A DNA stretch of 63,874 nucleotides, the filler included, from an uncultured archaeon (lineage in GTDB: Archaea; Iainarchaeota; Iainarchaeia; Iainarchaeales; 1-14-0-10-31-34), in NCBI GenBank assembly GCA_964442255.1. It is 6 parts of 5 records of this genome, joined end to end, with 100 filler letters (N's around TTAATTAATTAA, not from the genome) between each part and the next. Parts side by side here need not be neighbours in the genome. Positions count along the whole stretch, not along the records: positions 19,324 to 48,510 come from CAYTYC010000014.1; 5 more parts are not named here. One strand, written 5' to 3'. Of the stretch, positions 27,662-36,719 are shown in pieces. The notes beneath the pieces are model-generated. The model was given only the letters and a program-made list of their open reading frames with translations. It made no database searches and had not been told where the DNA came from. Both the position numbers and the translations under genes were made by a program. The stretch's first letter is position 1; each line of letters starts with the position of its first letter.

Positions 27662-29404
27662 TTGCCTGACGGAGAAGAGGAAGGAATAACCCCCGCTGAG
27701 CACGCCGCAACAGCGGAAGAGCTTGAAAAGGACTTCAAAGAGCATTCGGTTGCCGAATTCTTCAAGAAAAACCGGCAGATGCTCGGGCTTTACGGAAAGG
27801 TGCGCACGCTAACCACGGTCATCCACGAATATGTGACAAATTCGCTTGATGCCTGTGAGGAGGCAAGGATTCTCCCGTTGATTAAAATCAAGATTCAGGA
27901 GCTTGAACCGGAGTACTATGAGGTTACGGCTGAAGACAACGGCCCGGGCCTTACCGAAAAAACGGTTGGAAAGGCTTTGGGGCAGCTGTTGGCCGGGACA
28001 AAATTCCACAGGCTGGTGCAGCAGCGCGGCCAGCAGGGAATCGGCGCGGCGGGCGCCACCATGCTTGCGCAGGTGACAACAGGAAAGCCGGTGAAGGTAA
28101 TCACCGGCACAGGGAAAGGAAAAGCCATTTCCCTTGAAATGACCATTGACCCCAAAAAAAACGAGCCAAAAATTTCAAACCTCAGGGAAATAAACAGGGA
28201 TTTCCGGGGCCTGGCGATTGAAGCAAAATTCAAGGACGTCTTGTACAGGGAAAGCGAACAGGGCGCATTGGAGTATTTGAGGAGGACGGCGATCGCAAAC
28301 CCGCACGCGGAAATACATTTCACGGACCCGGGAGGAAACAAAACAATTTTCAAGAGAAGCTTGAATGAGATTCCAAAGCCGCCTGCAGAAGTTAAACCGC
28401 ATCCAAAGGGCGCGACAGTGGATGAACTGCTTACGCTTGCAAAGGAAACAGATGCAAGAAAAGTCAATTCATTCCTGAAAACCGCGTTTGAAAGAATGGG
28501 GGACAAGGCGGTAAGGGAAATAGCGAAAAAGGTTTCCTTTGACCTGAACACAGATCCAAGGAAATTAGGGTGGAATGATGCGGAGGAGATAGTGAAATGC
28601 TTTAAGGGAATGGCTTTCATTGCCCCCCGCACAGACGCATTGAGGCCGATTGGAGAGGAAAGGATCAGGAAGTCGCTGGAGTCAATCGTGCAGCCCGAGT
28701 ACTCCAATGTAATCACAAGAAAGCCGCAGGTATACAAGGGCGGCTTTCCCTTTCAGGTGGAGGTTGCGATTGCCTACGGGGGAAACGCGGGAAGGGCTTA
28801 CAGCAACGGCGCAAAAAATGCGGAAGGCGTTGAGGAAAGAAAAATTGAAATAATGCGCTTCGCGAACCGCTCTCCCCTGCTTTTTGACGGCGGAGGCTGC
28901 GCAATCACAAAGGCGGTGCAGTCAATTGACTGGAAAAGGTACGGGATAAAAGACGTTGACTCCGCCCCGCTTACGGTTCTCGTGAACTTCATTTCCGTGC
29001 ACATCCCCTACACTTCCGCGGGAAAGCAGGCGATTGCGGACGAAGATGAAGTCATGGAGGAATTAAGGCTTTCCTTGATGGATTCAGGCAGGAAAACCGC
29101 GCGGTATATAATCGGGAAGCTCAGGGAAATAGAGAAGCAGGCAAAAAAAAAGCTTTACATGAAGTACGCGGTGGAAGTGGCTTACGCTGTAAGCGAACTC
29201 ACAAAAAAGCCGAAAAAGGAGATTGAAAAAAGGCTTTTGAACACTGTTTTAAAGAGATTGAAGCTTGAAGAAAAAGAAGACGAAAAAATGAACAAGAAGT
29301 CGGATGAAGAGGTTGAAAAAGAGATTGAAAAAAAGCACAAGAAAGAGGAAAAAGCCGGGGAAAAAAAGAAGCCAAAAAAGAGGAAGGGAAAGTTAAATGA
29401 ATGA
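27662..29404 (+). CDS. top6B: DNA topoisomerase VI subunit B
   Basis: SVAEFF; E...NSLDA; DNGPG; RGQQGIG; RFANRSPL. Confidence 0.97.
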   Translation: MPDGEEEGITPAEHAATAEELEKDFKEHSVAEFFKKNRQMLGLYGKVRTLTTVIHEYVTNSLDACEEARILPLIKIKIQELEPEYYEVTAEDNGPGLTEKTVGKALGQLLAGTKFHRLVQQRGQQGIGAAGATMLAQVTTGKPVKVITGTGKGKAISLEMTIDPKKNEPKISNLREINRDFRGLAIEAKFKDVLYRESEQGALEYLRRTAIANPHAEIHFTDPGGNKTIFKRSLNEIPKPPAEVKPHPKGATVDELLTLAKETDARKVNSFLKTAFERMGDKAVREIAKKVSFDLNTDPRKLGWNDAEEIVKCFKGMAFIAPRTDALRPIGEERIRKSLESIVQPEYSNVITRKPQVYKGGFPFQVEVAIAYGGNAGRAYSNGAKNAEGVEERKIEIMRFANRSPLLFDGGGCAITKAVQSIDWKRYGIKDVDSAPLTVLVNFISVHIPYTSAGKQAIADEDEVMEELRLSLMDSGRKTARYIIGKLREIEKQAKKKLYMKYAVEVAYAVSELTKKPKKEIEKRLLNTVLKRLKLEEKEDEKMNKKSDEEVEKEIEKKHKKEEKAGEKKKPKKRKGKLNE

Positions 29405-30485
29405 CGAACAGGTAGTGAAAAGGCTTAAGGGCGCGGGAAAAGAGGTTTACTCGCAGATAATGAAGGGCCAAAACCCCACTTACGAGCTTCCGGTGAGGAG
29501 CCTGGGAAACATTTACTTTGACCAAAAAAGCCAGACAATTAAACTGGGGGGCAAGAAAAGCGAAAGGCAGTTTTTGAATATCGCGCACACAAGGAAGTTC
29601 ATGCAGACAATGCTTGTTGCATCGGAAGTAAAGAAGATTATTGATGAAAAGGCAACGGTCAGCATCCGTGACCTGTATTATGCGCTGAAGCACACCATTG
29701 AGGGGACAAATGAAAACACTTTCGAGGAACAAAGCGAATCAGACCCGATAATTGAGGACATTGAGGCTTCATTGGGGCTTCTGAGGGAAGAGCTTCATTT
29801 GTCTGCATCCTCCAAGGGAGTTATTGCAGGAAACATGAAAATAAAGGACGGAAAGGACACAATTGATTTGACGAGAATGGGCTCAGGAGGATGGGGGGTG
29901 CCAAGCAATGTGGAGCCGGAAAGGGTGCAGTTCAAGGACGTTCACGCCGACTACATTTTGTTCATTGAAAAGGACGCCGTGTGGAAGAGGTTCAACGAAG
30001 ACAGGTTCTGGAAGAAAAACAAGTGCATCATAATTACTGGACGGGGGCAACCATCCCGGGCGGAAAGAAGGCTGGTGCAGCGGCTGCATAGGGAGCAAAA
30101 ACTGCCGGTGTACGCTTTAATGGATGCAGACCCGTGGGGAATGTACATTTACTCCGTGATAAAGCAGGGCTCCATTTCATTGAGTTATTCGGAGGAAAAG
30201 CTGGCCACGCCGAAAACAAAGTACATTGGGCTTACAGTGAAGGATGTGGACACATTCAAGATTCCAAAGGAAGTCACAATCAAATTGAATAAACTGGATG
30301 TTAAAAGGATTCATGAAATGAAGAACTACGAGTGGTTCAAGAAAAAGGAGTGGCAGGAAGAATTCAAGAGAATGAAGGACCGCGCAATCAAGCTGGAACT
30401 GGAAGCCCTGTCCAAAAAAGGGATTAGGTTTATAACCGAAAAGTATTTGCCGCAAAAGATTAAATCCAGGGATTTCCTGCCTTAA
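29397..30485 (+). CDS. top6A: DNA topoisomerase VI subunit A
   Basis: RDLYY; IEKDA; DADPWG; LELEAL. Confidence 0.97.
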   Translation: MNDEQVVKRLKGAGKEVYSQIMKGQNPTYELPVRSLGNIYFDQKSQTIKLGGKKSERQFLNIAHTRKFMQTMLVASEVKKIIDEKATVSIRDLYYALKHTIEGTNENTFEEQSESDPIIEDIEASLGLLREELHLSASSKGVIAGNMKIKDGKDTIDLTRMGSGGWGVPSNVEPERVQFKDVHADYILFIEKDAVWKRFNEDRFWKKNKCIIITGRGQPSRAERRLVQRLHREQKLPVYALMDADPWGMYIYSVIKQGSISLSYSEEKLATPKTKYIGLTVKDVDTFKIPKEVTIKLNKLDVKRIHEMKNYEWFKKKEWQEEFKRMKDRAIKLELEALSKKGIRFITEKYLPQKIKSRDFLP

Positions 30486-30537
30486 AAACGGGCAAAAGTT
30501 AAAATACCCTGCAGGCACTAATTTTAATCGGGCAAAA

Positions 30538-31140
30538 ATGAGTGTAAAGCTGTTCAAATTCGATTTAAAGAGGGTTCTCTTAACCATCCTTCTGGCGCTG
30601 TTTTTTTACTGGAGGGAATGGTTTGATGCAGGGGACAACCTGCAGGTGGCGGGGGCAGTAATCGGCTCCTATTTTTTGGCGTACATTTTGTTTCTTTCAT
30701 ACGGAAAATTCAAGCTCTGGTTCAGGGGAAGCTGTGTTGCATTTGACTTGGGCGGGGTGTACAGCACCGGAGACTATTTGACGGAAAAAACCAGTGAAAG
30801 GCCGGGAATGCGGGAACTGGTTTCAGGGCTGAAGCACAGGCATATTGTTGCATTGCTTTCCAACCAGAACAGCGACGCGCATAAGGTTTTTGAAAAAAAA
30901 TTCAAACTGGATGAAAGGTTTGACGTTCAGGTTGTTTCAGGGGTTGAAGGAGTAAGAAAACCCAGTCCAGAGATTTACAAAATTTTGCTTAAAAGGGCAG
31001 GGGTTAAGCCGGAAAACTGCGTGTTTATTGACGATATGGCGGAAAACCTTGAGCAGCCCAAAAAGCTGGGAATGAAGGGAATCCATTTTCAGTCCGTCCA
31101 GCAGGTAAGGGAAGAACTCAAGAAATCAGGCTTTCTTTAG
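30538..31140 (+). CDS. HAD-family phosphatase with two N-terminal TMs
   Basis: FDLGGV; LSN; RKP; FIDD. Confidence 0.85.
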   Translation: MSVKLFKFDLKRVLLTILLALFFYWREWFDAGDNLQVAGAVIGSYFLAYILFLSYGKFKLWFRGSCVAFDLGGVYSTGDYLTEKTSERPGMRELVSGLKHRHIVALLSNQNSDAHKVFEKKFKLDERFDVQVVSGVEGVRKPSPEIYKILLKRAGVKPENCVFIDDMAENLEQPKKLGMKGIHFQSVQQVREELKKSGFL

Positions 31141-32073
31141 TGTAGTGATTGGGCGGGTCTGGACAATGAATATTTTCGCTTTTTCCAACGCAAATTCAAT
31201 GTCCTGCGGGAATTTGTAGTGGTTTTCAATTTTTCTGCACACTTCAGCCAGTTCCATTATTTGCCTTCCCGTAAGCTTCTGGGTTTCCCTGATGTTTTTT
31301 GGGACACTGACTTCTTTTGTTTTGCCTTTAATTCTTGAAAGCATTTTTTCCTGCGCGTTTACCTCAATGTTTTCAATGAACCCTTCCTCTTTGTTCACCA
31401 CATATTTGTCGGGGGTAATTTTTCCCGCGACAACGCTTTCACCCAATCCAAGCCCTGCTTCAATCACCATTTCGTTTTTGTTTTCGGTGATTGGGTTTAC
31501 TGTGAATGCCACGCCCGCAACACCGGAGTTGACCATTTTTTGCACGACAACCGCAACCCCCACCGCCTTTTTGCTTAACTTTTTTTCAATCCTGTAAAAA
31601 ATTGCGCGCGGAGTGAACAGCGAACTCCAGCACTTTTTGACCGCGTCAAGAAGCCCGCTTTTTGTGACGTTTGTGTAGCTTTCCAGCTCTCCGGCCCATG
31701 AGGCGTCGGCGGCGTCCTCCGCGGTTGCGCTGCTCCTTACAGCCACATACTCTGCCTTAAGGGAAAAAAATTCTTTCAATACGGCGGTTTCCACTTCTTT
31801 TGGCGTTTTTCCCTTTGCGATTAGTGAACGGATGTTTTTGGACGCGTTGTCAACTGACGCCGTTTTCTTTGGGTTGGCTTTTTTCAGCTCTGCCCCGATT
31901 TTTTTGTCCAGCGAGTTTTCCTTCAAAAACAAGTCAAAGGAATCCGTTAAAACCACGAAGCCGTTGGGAACCGGAATTCCAGCATTAAGCATTTCCCCTA
32001 ACTGTGCGCCCTTGCCCCCGGCAATTTTCACGCTTTTCCCGGAAAGCTTTTTGAAGGGCAAAACAAAGCTCAT
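31126..32073 (-). CDS. stand-alone PEP synthase/PPDK-type ATP-grasp domain protein
   Basis: GGKGAQLGEM; VAVRSSATAED; SWAG; VVVQKMV; GLGESVVAG..TPD; PQDIEFA; QTRPITTL then stop. Confidence 0.93.
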   Translation of the reverse strand: MSFVLPFKKLSGKSVKIAGGKGAQLGEMLNAGIPVPNGFVVLTDSFDLFLKENSLDKKIGAELKKANPKKTASVDNASKNIRSLIAKGKTPKEVETAVLKEFFSLKAEYVAVRSSATAEDAADASWAGELESYTNVTKSGLLDAVKKCWSSLFTPRAIFYRIEKKLSKKAVGVAVVVQKMVNSGVAGVAFTVNPITENKNEMVIEAGLGLGESVVAGKITPDKYVVNKEEGFIENIEVNAQEKMLSRIKGKTKEVSVPKNIRETQKLTGRQIMELAEVCRKIENHYKFPQDIEFALEKAKIFIVQTRPITTLKKA

Positions 32074-33557
32074 TTTCTTTTCCCTCCCTTTAACTTGATT
32101 ACTTTTCCGTGGCTTGCGTCAACCTGCACCAAATCGCCGTCTTTCAGGATGGAAGTCGCGTTTTTTGTGCCCACAACACACGGAACATTCAGTTCCCTGC
32201 TCACAATTGCGGCATGGCATGTCAATCCGCCCTGGTCTGTTATGATTGCGGCGCATTTCATGATTGCGGGCATAAGTTCGGGGTAGGTTGCACTGCTCAC
32301 CAAAATATCGCCTTTCTCCACTTTGCCCATTTCGGAAGCCTTGTTCACTATTTTCACTGCTCCTGTTGCAAGGCCCGGGGAAGCAATCTGCCCCACTAAT
32401 TGCCTTACGCCTTTTGAGTTTTTCTCCTGCTTCACGTTTTTGATCCAGAAGTTTTTTGCTTTTTTTCCAGTCAAAACGGATTTTTTTCCTTTCCCGGAAA
32501 GAAAAACAAGGTAGTGCTGCCTTTTCTTTGTTTCCACTTTCAAGAGGCGTTTCCCTGTTTTCAGGAAAGCCGAAAATTCTTCCGCCGTAAAAAACCACAA
32601 ATCGTTTAGCGGAACAAATGTTCTGCGCGAGGCTTCTTTTGCAATCAAGTCCACAAGGTAATAGGATAAAATCATTGCCTCTTTCCTGTAGCCCTTAAGG
32701 AAAACCGTTTTTCCCGCGAATTCAACCCAGTATTTTTCATCCGGAGTTAACTGCAGCTCTTTTTCCGCCCTGCGCAGCTCTTTTTTGAGGTTCTTTTTTT
32801 CGTTTAACGCGTTTTCCAGCATTTTTTCAATGTTTTTCTGCTTCAGGTCCATTAATTCCTCATGGAAAAAGTCTTTTGTGAGAGCCGGGCCGCGCCAGCC
32901 AAAAGTCAGCCAGGGGTATTTTTTGGAGTGCTTAAATAAGGCGGAGTCAATTTTTTGGGGGGAAAAGGTTTTTGCTTTTTTGGCGAGCTTAAGGAACTCT
33001 AGTCTTTCTTTTCCGGAAAGCGTTAATTCCGGCGGGGCAGTGAAAATGGTGAAATAATCGTTTTTTTTTCTTTTAAGCTTTTTTTGTTTTTCTTTTTTGC
33101 GCAGTATTTCTTCAAGCCTTTTTGTCAGCATTCCTGCAACGGTTTCAACCGCAACAATAGTGAAGCCGTAGTCGCACATTTTCAGGTCCAATTCCAGCAG
33201 GCGGTCAAAGGTTTTTTTGAGCCGCGCATTGCTCAGACTTTTTATTTTGTTTCCCTCGATTTTTGAATGGATTTTTTGGAGTTCTTTTGACGGCTCCAGA
33301 GTGTTTTTCCTCACTTTGGCGATGAATTTTTTGTCTTCGGAGAATTTTTGAAAGCATTTTTTGCCCAGAGCCTTCCATTCCCCCATATCTATCGCCCAGC
33401 GGGCTTTTCCTTCCTTCATTTCGGTTGCATCAACCGAAACACGCCCTCCCGCCAACTTCCAGTAGTTTTTGCTTGCCACCACTGCCTGGTTAAGGCAGAA
33501 AGGCAGCAGGGGGCAGTCGTATTCCCATATCGCTGTCTCAAGCCTGCGCATCCTCAC
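32070..33557 (-). CDS. helical domain plus C-terminal phospho-His swivel (PEP-utilising mobile) domain, copy 4
   Basis: GGLTCHAAIVSRELNVPCVVGT; ATGA overlap with the ATP-grasp gene. Confidence 0.9.
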   Translation of the reverse strand: MRMRRLETAIWEYDCPLLPFCLNQAVVASKNYWKLAGGRVSVDATEMKEGKARWAIDMGEWKALGKKCFQKFSEDKKFIAKVRKNTLEPSKELQKIHSKIEGNKIKSLSNARLKKTFDRLLELDLKMCDYGFTIVAVETVAGMLTKRLEEILRKKEKQKKLKRKKNDYFTIFTAPPELTLSGKERLEFLKLAKKAKTFSPQKIDSALFKHSKKYPWLTFGWRGPALTKDFFHEELMDLKQKNIEKMLENALNEKKNLKKELRRAEKELQLTPDEKYWVEFAGKTVFLKGYRKEAMILSYYLVDLIAKEASRRTFVPLNDLWFFTAEEFSAFLKTGKRLLKVETKKRQHYLVFLSGKGKKSVLTGKKAKNFWIKNVKQEKNSKGVRQLVGQIASPGLATGAVKIVNKASEMGKVEKGDILVSSATYPELMPAIMKCAAIITDQGGLTCHAAIVSRELNVPCVVGTKNATSILKDGDLVQVDASHGKVIKLKGGKRK

Positions 33558-33586
33558 ACCAGATAAAAATTATCGCAACTTCCTTA

Positions 33587-35256
33587 TTATTCTTTCAGTT
33601 TCTTGATTATCCCGTGGTTGGCGTTCACGTGGATTAAGTCGCCGTCTTTGAAGACTTTTGTGGCAAACTTTGTTCCCACAACGCACGGAATGTTTAGTTC
33701 GCGGGAAACAATTGCGGCATGGCAGGTGATTCCCCCCAAATCCGTTACAATTGCTGCTGCCTTCTTCATTGCAGGGACGATATTGGGGTTAGTGGCGTGC
33801 GACACCATCACATTTCCCAGCTTCATTTTATTCATTTCCTCCGGAAGGTTAATTAGCTTCGCGATGCCTTTCACCAGCCCCGGCACGGCAGTGGAGCCCT
33901 CCAGTTCGGTTATCCTGTATTCTTTCGGTTTTGGCGCCTCTTTTTCATTGATTTGCCTTGCCTTTTTTCCGGTAAGGGTTTGCTCTTTTCCGTTAACTGA
34001 AAGGTAAACGCTGAATTTGAATCTTTCATTCAGTTCATTTGAGTCAAAGTCGTGCTTCAGGATTGCTTTTTTGAATTCGCCTGGCCACATGAAGCGCAGC
34101 TGGTTTAAGGAGAGGCCAAGCCGTTTCCCTATTTCCCTCAAAAGCGGTTCATAGGAAAAAAAAGAGCAGTACATTGCGTCCTTTCTGATCGCCTTCTCGT
34201 AAACAATTCTTTGGGCTGCGCGGAGGAGAAGGCGGCGCTTTTTGTCCGGCTTGAGCAGCTTCAGCAATTTTCTCTGATTTTCTTTTGCCCCGGGAATCCT
34301 GGAGCGCATTTTCTTCAGGATGCCTGGAACCTCTTTTTCATCCTTCACCAGCCCCTTAAGCTGTTCAATGAAGTAATCCTTGTCCCACGCTGGGCCAACG
34401 TACATGTAAGGCAGCCACCTGTACCGCAAAAAATGCTTTTCAATTTCTTTGTTTAATTTTGGGTTAACGGAAGGAAGCGCCTCAATTACCTGTGAAACGG
34501 TTTTTTTGCGAAAAAGCTTTCTGGCTGAAGGGATTTTGAGTATTTTTTGCGCCAGCCCCACTATTTCGCGTTCCTGTTTTGCCTGGAATGTTTCATGGCG
34601 CGGGATTGTAAGCAGGCTGAAAGTTTCCCCCACCTTCAAGTCCGGATTTTTTTCCTGAATCCTTTTTTTCAGGTAATCTGAAAGCATTTCATGCTCAAAC
34701 TCTAAAACAAGCGAAAGCATTNNNNNNNNNNNNNNNNNNNNNNNNNNNNNNNNNNNNNNNNNNNNNNNNNNNNNNNNNNNNNNNNNNNNNNNNNNNNNNN
34801 NNNNNNNNNNNNNNNNNNNNNTTTCAGGTAATCTGAAAGCATTTCATGCTCAAACTCTAAAACAAGCGAAAGCATTCCGGCTTCATGGCAGCGGAGGTGG
34901 AGGTTCATGTGGCTGGAGAAAGTTTTTTCCAGTTCTTTGTCGCTTAGTTTGCTGAAATCTTTTTTCTGGAGTTTTTTGGATTCCTTTATCAGGCGGTTTG
35001 AAAGGGTTATGGTTAAATTGCTCCTTTCCAACAGCCATTCCGGGTTTTTAAGGGCCTTTTCCAGCACCCTCTTGCCCGCTTTTTGGTAGCCTTTTCTGGT
35101 GAAACAAAAGAACATGTCGCCTTCACGGAAAACAGCCAGAATGTCAACCGCGTTTCCCGCGTCCTTTTTCATTCCTTTCCCCCAGTACCTGAAGACGCTT
35201 TCAAACAGATGGTATTGGGCGCGCGGAATTTCCTCAAAAATAAACCAGTCCCTCAT
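33587..35256 (-). CDS. helical domain plus phospho-His swivel domain, copy 3 (about 504 aa, spans an assembly gap)
   Basis: GGITCHAAIVSRELNIPCVVGT; about 55 bp duplicated on both sides of the gap joins the two ORFs. Confidence 0.88.
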
Positions 35257-36719
35257 TTCTTCACCTTTTTCACTGTTCCTTCCGTTGCGTTCACTTCCAC
35301 CAAATCGTTGTCCTTTAAAAATGCTGTGGCGTATTTTGTGCCGATCACGCAGGGCTTTTTCAGTTCGCGGGAAACAATTGCCGCATGGCATGTTACGCCG
35401 CCTTCATCTGTCACAATTGCGGAGGCCTTGCGCATCGCAACCACGCAGGAGGGGTCGGTGTTTGGCGCAACCAAAACATCGCCTTTTTTGAAGTTCCGCA
35501 GGTGGGTTATGTGAAGGATTACCTTCACCCTGCCTTTTGCCTTGCCTTTCATTGCGGGCTGCCCCTTAAGCAAACCGGAAAACCTTTTGGGGGCGTCCTC
35601 CTTCACCAGCTTTTTCAGGAAAGCTTCTGCTTCCCTTCCGGTTAAAACGGTTTGGTTTCCCCTGAAATAAATTAAAAGGGAGTATTCTTCGCGTTTGTTC
35701 ACTTCATTTAAATCCACGGGCTTTCCGTTAAGCAAATCATAGAATTCAGGCAAAACAAAAAACCTGAGCTGGTTCAATGAAACAGGCCTGCGTAACGAAA
35801 CTTCCCTGAATGTTTTGTGGAAACAGAATTCAATGTAGCTTAAAAGCAGTTCCTCGTAGGCGCGCAAATAGAGAAGGCCCCTCAACGCATTGACATGGCG
35901 TTTTTGCTTTTTTGAGAGCTTAAGCTCTTTGCAGATTTTTTTTGCCGCCTTATTCTGCTTTCTGAAATTGGATTCAATTCGCTCTTTTTCTTTTGACAGT
36001 CCTTTTTTCTTGAGTTCCTTTATCCTTTTCAGGAAATCTTCCCTTGTCCATGCCCTGTGTGTGTTGAAGAAGGGGATTGCAAAGTATTTTTTTTCATGCT
36101 TTTTGAGGAGCCTTTCAAAGTCTTTTCCATGTGATTCCGCCACTTCAATCAAATCCAGTTCCTCCTGAAGGTAGTGGATTAGTTTGTTTGGGGTTGAGAT
36201 TTCCCCCATAAGCGAGTTGAGTTCGTTTTCCCTTCCCTCCAGGCGGAGTCTGGGAAGCAGGATTTTTTCCTGAATGAACGCGGAGGTTTTGTCAATGAAC
36301 ATTATTGTGGTGCTGGTCGCGCCGATGAAGGTTTCCTGTGGCCCCCGGTATTTTTTGAATTCTTTTGCAAGCTTTTTGTCTGAAAGCCCTGAAAGTTTTT
36401 TGTTCCTGAATTTTTGGTTTCCCTTAAGGGATTGGGTGTAAGAGTTCCATGCGCTTTTGAATTGTTTTTCCGCGAAAGCCGGATCCGGAATGTTTTTTTC
36501 AACGTATTCCAGCATCTTGTTCCTTGGTTCCTGCGGGCGGAAGTAAACCCTTTCCGTGCGGCTGTATTTCACCATCAAGTGTTTGAAGTGGCTTTTAACG
36601 AATTTTTGGTAGTTCCAGTATCCGCCCAAAATCATGCTCCAGTAAAACAGGGAAAACTGTCGGACTGCATACCTGTCCCAGTGGAATTTCTTGAATTCGG
36701 AAAGAATTTTCATCTTCAT
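35253..36719 (-). CDS. helical domain plus phospho-His swivel domain, copy 2
   Basis: GGVTCHAAIVSRELKKPCVIGT; ATGA overlaps on both sides. Confidence 0.9.
   Translation of the reverse strand: MKMKILSEFKKFHWDRYAVRQFSLFYWSMILGGYWNYQKFVKSHFKHLMVKYSRTERVYFRPQEPRNKMLEYVEKNIPDPAFAEKQFKSAWNSYTQSLKGNQKFRNKKLSGLSDKKLAKEFKKYRGPQETFIGATSTTIMFIDKTSAFIQEKILLPRLRLEGRENELNSLMGEISTPNKLIHYLQEELDLIEVAESHGKDFERLLKKHEKKYFAIPFFNTHRAWTREDFLKRIKELKKKGLSKEKERIESNFRKQNKAAKKICKELKLSKKQKRHVNALRGLLYLRAYEELLLSYIEFCFHKTFREVSLRRPVSLNQLRFFVLPEFYDLLNGKPVDLNEVNKREEYSLLIYFRGNQTVLTGREAEAFLKKLVKEDAPKRFSGLLKGQPAMKGKAKGRVKVILHITHLRNFKKGDVLVAPNTDPSCVVAMRKASAIVTDEGGVTCHAAIVSRELKKPCVIGTKYATAFLKDNDLVEVNATEGTVKKVKK

Noticed and set aside
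20201..30485. Inteins in MCM or TopoVI
   Set aside because: Lengths and motif spacing are normal; no C...HN splice motifs.
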